Below are positions 53,643 to 64,000 of a stretch of DNA of 64,000 bases, one piece after another. Source of the stretch: Marsupella aquatica. Its lineage: Eukaryota; Plantae; Marchantiophyta. A program made the position numbers and the translations under genes. The stretch covers positions 21,188,955-21,252,954 of the forward strand of contig OZ316893.1 of NCBI GenBank assembly GCA_973895155.1, written 5' to 3'. The notes below the pieces were generated by a model. The model was not told where the DNA came from, ran no database searches, and saw only the letters and a program-made list of their open reading frames with translations. How positions within the stretch are numbered: position 1 is the stretch's first letter; each line of letters begins with the position of its first letter.

Positions 53643-54742
53643 TGTTGGGTACAATCCTTATCCCGGGACACCATGCACATGTAAATATCATACAAAGTAG
53701 TCGACACAGTGAGTACATGGTTCACCTCACGACTGAGGCTACGTCCACAGGAAAGCAATAGACCTTTACTTCTCTCTTGTTCCACTCTAACAATGAACTG
53801 AAGATCCACCAGGGGCTGGTATTAGCCCTGGTTATATATAACACGCATCACTGCTAACCTTAGCTAAGTCCTAACCTGAGTTAGCCTAACTATGGTTAGC
53901 GCTAGAGTCACAAGACTAAAAGCAATACTCAACAAACTCTCCCTTGACTCTAGTCTTGGGGACTGGACTAATTGTGACCATATGGTATCCTCAACGGGAA
54001 ATTCTAGATAATCACCTAAATAGGTCTCCCCCTAAAAACCACCATGGGTTAACTAAGTGTTAACTAGAATTAAGCCGTAGCCTAACAGGATCGAGGAATC
54101 CATATACAATAAGTCACAAAATTGCTAAGTAGGTCTACTTGTGCTGCAACTGCAAAACCTGCAAAGTAGCACGGTGTCTTGAGAAACTCTCCAAAGGAAT
54201 CACTTTGGTAAAAGCATCAGTCGGGTTGAGTTTACCGTCAATCTTGACTAGCTCAAACTAATTATTAGACACACCCTGCCTGATAAAATGGTACTTGACG
54301 TTGATGTGCTTCACTCTGTTGTCCATCACTTGGTTCACATCAAGGTGAAGAGCACTTTGACTATCCTAGATGCCGCGTTAGCTCAATGCGGTAGAGTCCT
54401 TTACCCATGCCAACAATCCCTCTTCATGTGGCCAGGCTTGCCACATCTCCAACATGCAAGAGGCTTCCTCTCTTGCGATTTCCCTCTAGATTTAGATTTC
54501 CCCCTTGAAATTGATCTAAACCTGTTTTCTCCATTTGTCCGCTGCGTAGACCTCCCACGGTTCACATTCAACGCAATACCAAATGAAGATGTTGTCTGGG
54601 TTTGACCCAATTTCTTCTGTGCATCATTTGACAGCAAAGAGCTTACCATCTCATCGTATGAAATAGACTTCAGGTCTCTATACAAGGGAACCTACTTCAA
54701 ACCCTGATAAGATGGGGGTAAGGAGTTGAGAAGAAGCAGAAC
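53643..54742 (-). mobile_element. Internally deleted, 5'-truncated sister Tork-like Copia in inverted orientation
   Basis: 3' LTR at 53643-53934 (TG...CA) with its PPT. The RNase H C-terminus (DSQSALHL...VIPLESFSRHR, ~54137-54365) is fused directly to the gag CCHC CWRCGKPGHMKRDC and LLNSLPPSY (54366-54740). Confidence 0.9.
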
Positions 54743-57691
54743 GGTGACCCCTAGACGGTATCTGATTCATTCTTGATTCATCCTCTGTTAACACGTTATC
54801 AGCACGACTCTTGAAGGTTGAGCACTTGAATGTTTTTTAGGGATTCGACAAGTGACAAAAATTAGACACTGGAGAGAATCCCAAGACAATCTTTCCAATG
54901 AAACCTTCATTTGAGAGTCCATGTCAACCTGGTGTTGGAAATTGATGGAGTATCCTCTATGAGAAACTGACTCCCAAGAAATCAGAAGAAACAAAATCAG
55001 AAGGAGAGGCTGATCAGACAAAGAGTCGAACCCCTGGATCGACCCTTGTAGGATCATTAAAGCTTAGAGGAATTGATTCTGAAATGCAAGATCGAAAGTA
55101 CGCAGCAGGATTTACGGAAGGAGGAGAAGAAAAATTGCAGCGCAAAGCCCATAGAGAAACCAGGTGAACCTGTGCAACAGATCCTCCAACAATGATGAAT
55201 TGATTCAGAGACACTGAAGAGAGTCTTACCCACACAAAAGAAAGCAATCTGCCAATGCCAAGCACTAAGAACAAAGCACCAAGCACAGTAGCGCGAATTG
55301 AAACACGTGAGCGGCCCCGAACACACGGCCAAACCAAAATTGCAGACCTCAACCATTTCACACTGACTCCGAATCACAAATAGGCCAGCCATAGCGGATA
55401 GAAGAGATTGACAAAAAGGAAAGACCAAAAAGCGATTTGCAGATCGGATGTGTGTGCAAATGTTTCTGCAGGATAAGGCTTGGGCTGGAGTCGATCAATC
55501 CAATCAAAGAGAACTGATTGAACAGGGGTAGAGCACAATCAGCAAAATTTCAATCAAGGGGAGATCTGAAAAGGCACCACACCCTAAAGAGAACAAATGT
55601 TGTATTAGGGCCCAATAGAGACAGCCCGACCCCATGAAGAAACTCATAACCAGAGGGCCAAAAGGACTGAAGGAAATTTGAGGGATGAAAACCTCATGAG
55701 AAGATAACACAGTGATCACCGACGCAGCCGCAAAGCCATGAAAAAGGGGGAGAATTGATGCACAAGCCCAAAACGGCAAAATTTGGGCCAGGATTTTTGA
55801 GAAACCATCGACAAAACTCGATAAGTGCAAAACCCCCATACCTGCAACTCATCATAAAGAGGATTTTTTACTTACAAAAGAATCAGATCACTTAAAGCAT
55901 CTCTTTTAAAGCTTTCAAATCACTTTAAGATACATGTGTAATCCTTAACATAAACCTAAATCACAGGCTTACACTCTCATTCTACAAATGTGAATAGTGA
56001 CCTTTACACATTACCTACCTATATACATGTTGAGTTTACAAGCATTTATACACATTGAATTCATATAACATGGTTGTTACACCATTAATATCACTTCCCA
56101 CCATAAGGGGAATAAATCACATTGTATCCACAACTATCTCCAACCTCCTAATGTCATTTTGGTTCATTCACCTTCTGGTGCCATTTGAACTTATACACCT
56201 TCTCGTATCATTTGATCTCATAAGATCCAAATGGACTCAGATAAGGGACTTTCCATGACTAACAAAGGTAAAGGTAGAGATGATTTGATTATGGGCAAAA
56301 CCCCTAATCTCATCTATACATGAGTTAATGAGGAGTTACTATGGGCAAAGCCCATAATGTAACCCCTACATTCTCTTGGTCAGTTGGGCATTACCATTGG
56401 ACTTTACCTATAGATGCGTTCCAAATTTCAGAGATATTCCTCACACTCACAATTTCAAGAGAAAATAACATGCATTTTATGCAGATCATTGGGAAGAAAC
56501 TTCATTCTCTCTAACTTATCTACTCAAAAACCTAAACCCAACTCATACACTACAATGGAAAGTACCTCTGTACTTGGCCATACTTGGCTATACCAGGAGT
56601 TGGCCACTCATGACACTCTTGTCAAAATAACCCAAAACATTGCAGACGTGCAAGGCAGAGGTGCCCATTTTAGGATAAATCATGCACACCCTCTGGTGAT
56701 GCCATTTTAAGCAAAATTTATACCCACCTACTGATGATGTACAATACACATCCTTTGGTGATGCACAATACACAAGAGAAAACTTTTTTTCTTCTCATTT
56801 ACATATTCTCTCACAAGGCACACCCTGTTCTACAAGAGAAAACAACTTTTCAATATACATGATTTCTCCATGTGCCCACTGCATATGCATCTATAGTTAA
56901 ATCCCTCAAACTCAACTTGAGAAGGAAATAGTACATACCTCAACCTCATGTTGAGGGGGAGATAACATCATTCAAACCATACATATGCAACATAGGATAA
57001 AATCTACACAAATCACATAAAAATACCCAATTATATTCTCCTACAAGGAGTAGAAGTTCTTACTTCTATCACACACTTGACATTTGATAACACAAACCTA
57101 TGACCACAAGATGTAGCAACATACTATCCTATTGCTTTCATCTTTGAGGGGTAACAACACAATGTGATTTTTCAGCTACTAACCTAAGCTCCTCATTATG
57201 TTGGACATGAACTTGACTTGTTTGTTGCCAGGCTTTATCTAAGATATTGCAACTTCTGGAGAGAATTGAAATTCCTGTTGCATCTTAATGCCTTTGACGA
57301 TCCTACATGCCATGTGATTGACTTACGACACATGATATCTACCGATTGAAGACTCCACCTACTGCTGATGCATTTTCCTTTCTCGCTAGGAGGATCGACG
57401 GGCTGTACTCTTTTTCCTTTAGGGTCATATGTATTTTTTTCTCTACTACCTTGGTAGAGTTGTTTTTACCTCAATCCAGCGCTGCTAAAGGTTTTAATGA
57501 GGCAGTCCACCTCTTTGGTCGACGTAACATGCATATCTATAAGCATGATGAATTTTATTTTTTTGTCTAGCTCTAGGACTAGTCTAAATTGTCTTCATAA
57601 TTCCCATTATGTTGCCAAGGGGGAGTGTTATGAGACATCTAGCCCCAGACTAGACTAGAGTCACTATACCATGGTTATACCTTAACCATGC

Positions 57692-57722
<31 letters not shown>

Positions 57723-57769
57723 GCAGAACCCTGACCCCTAGACGGTATCTGATTCATCCTCTCTTAACA
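54735..57769 (+). mobile_element. Degenerate non-autonomous Bianca-type Copia with a truncated 5' LTR
   Basis: The 5' LTR remnant at 54735-54793 matches the end of the 3' LTR at 57626-57769 (TG...CA, containing a (CA)n tract at 57694-57722). PBS CGTTATCAGCACG at 54794-54806. PPT AAGGGGGAG at 57617-57625. The interior has lost its coding capacity. Confidence 0.85.
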
Positions 57770-60700
57770 TGTATATATTTTATTAATATTTTGCAATCAA
57801 AAGCTAGAGTTGGGTCTTAGTCTTTGAGAGTGAAATCTCTACTGTAGACGATGACTCTAGTGCCCCACCAAAGTTTATGATATTATGCACAATTATTTTG
57901 TCTTCAAATCTATTAAAATTCAAAGGAATGGGCAGGCTAGTGAATATGAAACCAAGGGCAATAGGCATTCAGGCTAGTGAATATGAAACCAAGGGCACTA
58001 ACATTGCCCAACAGGAATTTCCTTTAGTAACTAAAGGCAATCCACCATTTTACTGTGAACCAGCCGCTCATGCCAAAAAAATGCTTTTCATTTTTGAGAG
58101 AAGACGTCCCAATAAGTTGCAGTAATTATTATCATGGATTGCCATCTCATCTGCAAGAACTACTTAGCCGGCTAACTTGGTCAGGAGTTTGACAGTCTGG
58201 GGTAACACGTGATCTTTCATGATTAAGATTCACTAAATATCTTCTCCCAGAATGATAGTCAAAGAAAAGAAAAATAATGTTGATTTGTCTATATTCTTGT
58301 CCTTTAGCCAAAACCTATAAATATTTAGCACTGGCAATGAGATGATCACATCACACCCTGCTTTTAGAGTAGTGGATTCCAATAAACTAATGAATTTTCT
58401 TTTTTACAATCTCTCACAAGAAAGGAAACCCACGCATTCAAGTTTGAACCACTGAACAATATTGAACCAGTGAACTATATTTTGGAAGCTCTTGCCTATA
58501 TTTGTCTCACACGCACGAGACAAATTCTGGGTTCTATTTTTTTTGTTTGTCTTAATGCATGAGATGAGGTTGAAGAGAGCCCTCTTCATTATGATGCGAA
58601 GTAAGGATTGCAAAGAGAACTTCCGACTTTCCATATTTGTCTTAGCGCGTGTATTTATTCCCCTACCGCATCATGACCTGCCTACCTTGCATGCCTTTTC
58701 ATCTTCTCAGCGAAGTAGGTGTGACTCAAACAGGATAGAACCCTATGCTCTTCATCATCATCAAACAATGTGGTGGGGATCCGGGTTTCCTTTGTAGTTT
58801 TAGGCAGGTGGCACTTATGGGGTGTTGAGAAGTCTTATTTTGCAAAAGTTTGTATGCCACATTATGACCATCAGATCTATGTGTGGTTAGATCTGATGTG
58901 CAAAAATTTGCATGGAAAGGAAACATTGGCGGGGATGATATGGATCCTCAAATGGCTAGGAAATCTAATGTACAAGATCTTTGAGTAGTTTTACAAAATC
59001 AGATTTCAAAATATCTTTGAGGATATCTGCTGGGACAAAGTGGGCAAACAAACGAGAAGCTCTTATGGACCGTTGAGTGCATAATGGGACAAAGTTGGTG
59101 AAGTCCCTTAAATGCGGAAGCAGCTTGACCTGCACAACATATTAATTTCTCACAAGTGCATATTAAATTTTTGATTTACTTTATAAGGGTAGCTTCTTTC
59201 TTCAATAATTATTTAGAAATTTACGTTCCTTGGGGTAAATGAACCACTTTCAATACATGATTCTCAATGGTTGAAACCCTTAAGGTTCTTTCAATTTTTA
59301 AGAGAGCAAAGACTAAGCCCAGGATCAAACCACAAACCTCATCCTCCCAAGCCAATGGTGCCACCAGGTTCAACCCAAACTCTCTGACAAGCTGTACATA
59401 TACTGGTCCTCGCACATGCGTCCTTGAACCTTGATCTTGCAGCAATACTTTTACTTACTGTGCTTGTGTCTTATCACACTGCCATTTGACTTTGCGCAAA
59501 TAAAAAAATGCCCCCAAAATATAAATCTGATTTTTCTTGGAGTGAGCCAAAGAGAGAAAGGAATAAATGGACTTAGAGTGGAAGAAAAAAAAATCACCTT
59601 GTTTAGTTGAAAAGTAGAAAAAAATAGAATTCTTTAAACAATCAATAGTAAACACATGAAAAGGCAATGAATGGAAACCCTCCCTATACTACTTTTTAGT
59701 TGGAAAGAATGAAACAATCTATAAAAATGATTAGTAAAAGAATGAAACTGCGATAAGAAACCTACATTAAATAACAAAAGAGAAAAGAATAATAAAAACT
59801 AACCTAGTTTAATTCTTAATTGTACACTCAATCAGCAAATATGACAAGCAAGAAGATAACGACGCTCCGTCTTTGAATCAAGTAAAAGCAAAGATTTATG
59901 TTTTTTTGTGCAAGGACATATCCTACTTCAATTGAATAAAGTAAATAACCTCATTAACCTGACCAGTAATATTTCATTTGGAAAACCAAAACTCATCAAA
60001 TAAAGCTTGAGTGTATTAAGAGGTTTATTGATAAGCTTACTTTTCCATGACATAATATATTGGGTCAGGGGGCCTCCACTATATATAAGGTCTTTGTCAC
60101 ATTTTGCTGTACCTAAAACAACCCTTGATTGACAACATGCATGAATTGTTTGGAGTATGAGTTATTATGGGTGTTTCGTTCAAAACAATTTGCGCACCAC
60201 CTCCCCCAAAATAAATTCATGACGAGTGAAGATTGGAAAACAAAAAAAAACCCAAATGCGCATAGTCAAATGGCATTACGGTATATAATTACAGAGCCAC
60301 GTACATGTACTAACCCCCTCCCATGGGCTCCACCTACTTCAGTATCATGCTACTTACTCATAGATTCATGCTTTTTAAATGGCCCCACCCAAAGATATAT
60401 ACCATAGAATGTACTCCTTTTCTCATTAAGGGTACTATAATAATTGCCTTTTATCCCTCCCAATATCCCATCAAATTACCAAGGAGCATGCAAGGAACTC
60501 CTGTTTGCTAGCATCATACAATACCTTCAAGGCGCACATATGCCTCCTTGCCATTAGGTCATCCCTCCACACTTTAGCAAGATTTCTACTTTAAGATAAG
60601 AGTGTACACTTACTAAAAGACAAACAAGTTGAAAAAGCTCTGAGGTGAACTTTGACTGTACACTGGGACAAAGATGGTGCCACCTGCACCATAATATCAT

Positions 60701-60972
60701 CACATGTTTCATGGGACCCTACTCCAGGCAGTATCATATCACCTGCCATGTTCCTTCCATTGTATGAGATCCCATACCTCTGGAGGCCAAAATATATGAC
60801 ATGACATCCCCCACGCTTCACATTTGTTTGTACAGCATCAGAGGAGATAGAAAGTGGATGTGTTACAAGTTCGCTCTTTAGCATTAGGAAAACCTGACTC
60901 TGTGAATAGAGAAAAAGTTCACTATGGGAGATCATTGTGTACCGTAATTTCTGTGTGGAAGGTTACTCCTGG

Positions 60973-61300
60973 ATAATCTCCCTTGCCCGGAAGTAGTCTT
61001 TATTTTGGACACTAAAACCTTAGGTTACTATAACCTTCTATTTTGTAACCGTGCTCCAAGATTCAGAAAGTTTCTCGGCTGCCATCAGTCAGCTTTCTGG
61101 CGGTGTTACAGGCGGGTTCTATTTTGTAACCTTGGTCCAGCAAAGTTCAGGAAAGGAAAGTTCAGAAAAGGTTCTGGGCTGCCACTAGTCAGGTTTCCTC
61201 ACTTTCTGGCCCAGTGTTACAGTCTAGAACCCTTGTCCAGACTTCCATTATAGTTCGTAATGAGTGTCCAGAAAAAGGTTCCTTCCCGGCAAGAGGTTAT
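60973..61300. mobile_element. Old MITE-like element with imperfect ~35-bp TIRs and an internal 81-bp duplication
   Basis: CCCTTGCCCGGAAG...TGGACACT versus reverse-complemented right end CTCTTGCCGGGAAG...TGGACACT. TTCTATTTTGTAACC occurs at 61036 and 61117. No clear TSD. Confidence 0.5.
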
Positions 61301-61778
61301 GGGAATAGCAATTACCTCCAAAACTTCAAACCAACCCAGCTTCAGTTGACAAATTTAAGGCTCTGACCATCATATTCGGGCATGAAAAAATCCTTGGCTT
61401 GCCCCACAGACAAGCTCTCCTGCTCTGAGGAATTCGGGCCCACATGATTGCCAAGACACTAGCGCATAGGCTACATCAACAGTTTCATGATCCAAAGCTG
61501 ACCAACCCTTTACAAGGTGACGAAAATCGCCAATGTCAACAATCTCGTTTGTATCAAAAAAGAGGATGCCGAACTCTAAGATGTATAGTAAACTTGGGCA
61601 AATTCTCCCAACCTCACCCTCATTACATTTCTTGCTAGCTGATAGAAATTGATAGGAAAAATTTCCCTAATGTGACGCTTTCAGATTAGGCTGTAATTAT
61701 GGGTCTAAACTTCCCGCATTGCATTCAAGCACAGATGCTTAGAAGAAACTGTAAGCTTTGCCTCTATGCACGGGCTTC

Positions 61779-63893
61779 CTATATCTTAGGAATAGTCACA
61801 TTTAGAATTTTAAGGTCCTGATATGGTGTAGAGTTCTTATCCACTTTGATTTTCTCAATTGCCTGCATCAATCACATATGCCGTCACGGTTCAAGATAAG
61901 ACAGGTATGCAAGGAAGGCAACAAGGGACGCCAAACTGCTGCTAGTTTGCTAAAACAAACGTGTGTTTAAGCCAAATTTGCTTCCTGATCAAGTTTCTTA
62001 GGGACAGAATTCGAGGATTTCCACATCCATAACACGACGAATACAAGGTCTCGAAAATCAGCCAGAATTGTTTATCGTACCTGTACAACATCCATGCCCT
62101 TGACCACACGTCCAAATACAGTGTGTTTGTTATCCAGCCATGGAGTGGCCACTGTTGTAATGAAAAATTGTGAACCATTTGTGTTCGGACCCGCATTTGC
62201 CATCGAGAGAGTGAATGGCCGATCGTGTCGTAGGCTGCAAATGGAACAAGAAAATAATCGGGTTAGCAAACGGAATATCCGCTGTTTCAGGACTTTTGTA
62301 TTCCCACATTACCAGAAACGGGTTGAGTTGTTTCAGATTACAAGGTTACATTATATTATTAAGGTACTTTGGAAAGAGTAGTTATTCATCTCAACAGATG
62401 CGATTATTCTACACCTCACAAAGCTTTCAATCCAAAAAATGAGTGACACGTAAAACGAGTATAACCCTTCACTCTTGGTTGCACGTTGAAATTCGAAAGA
62501 ACAACAACTTAAAGTACTCTCTTACTTTCATACCTGAAATGAGAAAATTGAAAGATGGTTAGGTCTACAATAAAGGCGTTTCTGTAACTGCACCTCTTGT
62601 GGAACTCATCCTCAAACTCTCCTCCCCAAATAGACTGTCCACCAGTGCCGTCTCCTAAAGGATCACCAGTCTGTACCATGAAGCCCTTAATGACTCGATG
62701 GAAGATAAGATTATCATAATACCCATTGCGGCAATGTGTTGTGAAGTTTTCTACTGTTCGGGGACACTCCTCCGGATATAATCTCATATGAATGTCTCCA
62801 AGAGTTGTATGCATGACCTAGAAAACCAACATTGAAGTCAGACATTCTACTCAACTGATGTTAAAAAAGGCAACATCAAGCAGATATTCTTTAAAGCCTC
62901 CAAAACGTCTTCCTTAGTTGAACTTAAATAAGGTACGCATTATTGCAAAGGAAAGCAATGAACTACACTCAAGGGACCAGAATTGCCTTCAAAGACTTGT
63001 CTACTACTGCACTCGGAAAAACTGTGCTCTGATCGTCTAACACCACGTACCACATTGTCTGGAAGAGAAGTGCTACTTGTTTTGCTGACATCTGCGATGG
63101 CCAGAAGCTCCTCGGCAGGAGGTCTTTCATTGAAGACATCCCGCCCTTTAGTTGTATCCTCTGCTTCCTCAGGTTCTCTTCGGCTAATCCATTCAAGAAA
63201 AAAAAGCCACAGCATTGTAAAGTGAACCCGAGACATAGGATAACTTCGATACCTTTGAGCTATGAGACTATATACAAAGTAAATAGTTTATGGTATACTT
63301 GATTGATTGAAGAGAGTTACTGCTTAACTAAGATTATCTCAAAAAAGAAAATGACCAACTATAAGAAAAAAGAAAGCTTGTAGAATTAAACGGTAATAAT
63401 AAAGACAGGCTTCATGGAGACTCAAATTGCTCTGGTGCACGTCGTGGGGCTCTCATGTCTTTTCAGAGGCTCACATTCTAAAGCACACCTAATAATGTTC
63501 AATTGTAAGAGACCCCAAGCACTTCCCAAGCAGAGACGTGAGGCTACTTGACTTAAAAGACACTGAAAGTGAGAACGATGCAGAAGAGAGGACATCGAAT
63601 ACATCTCCTGGCCGCGGACTTACAGAATAGAATTTCTGTCAAGTTTCAGGTCAAGGATCCTCAAAGAGCATATACCTGAAGAGATAAAATCGGTGCTTTT
63701 TGAAAGCACAGCATATAAGGGTTGGATCTGTCAAAGGCTCTCGCTTGTCATTCACATTGGCAACTGCTGCAGGTATCTTCTTGACTTTTTTGCTGCTGCT
63801 TGCCCCTTGAAACAGAGCTACTCTGAGAAACCTCTCAGTGTTTTCTACTTTGCCAATGATTCTGACCACCTTGTTAGAATGCAGATTAACCAC
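61779..63893 (-). CDS. CYP71: WD40-repeat cyclophilin peptidyl-prolyl isomerase (CYP71/PPWD1), last five exons
   Basis: Exons at 63676-63893, 63051-63183, 62594-62817, 62081-62234 and 61779-61862 splice in frame. They give [94 protein letters not shown] and KILNVT. Confidence 0.96.
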
Positions 63894-64000
63894 CTGCCAC
63901 AATTGAGCGAAAGGTAAGCAAGACTCTTGATTGATCACTCCTGAAAGTGACTAAAGTTAATTTAATATGAAGGCGCTCCTTATTGTATATTAAGCTTATA

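Noticed and set aside
7-63893. DGAT1-YUC-CYP71 as a functional gene cluster
   Set aside because: The genes belong to unrelated pathways and are separated by 20-36 kb of TE-rich DNA.

Overview
This is eukaryotic plant nuclear DNA. The intron-rich genes and the TE families point to a seed-free plant such as a bryophyte, but the species cannot be determined from the sequence. Three host genes can be reconstructed exon by exon. They are the 3' part of DGAT1 (+, 7-3449), a complete 4-exon YUCCA auxin-biosynthesis flavin monooxygenase (+, 39722-41455) and the 3' part of the WD40-cyclophilin CYP71/PPWD1 (-, 61779-63893). The rest is layered transposon debris: two PIF/Harbinger MITEs; a non-autonomous Helitron; a decayed Helitron Rep/PIF1-helicase gene carrying a solo LTR and an 8-bp-TSD MITE, with a related MITE beside it; a ~3 kb decayed unidentified ORF next to that gene; a captured oxidoreductase fragment; a Bianca-type Copia with ~100-bp LTRs and a half-tRNA primer site; a young Tork/Tnt1-like Copia with an inverted, internally deleted sister copy; and a second, degenerate Bianca-type element. 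I cannot demonstrate a new biological system. The best leads are the atypical RepHel plus its unknown neighbour ORF, a 3-copy ~160-bp motif bounded by TTACGG...CCGTAA, a non-canonical 8-bp-TSD MITE family, a recurring 70-84 bp tandem-duplication period, and two CpG-rich islands with no assigned gene. All alignments were done by eye.
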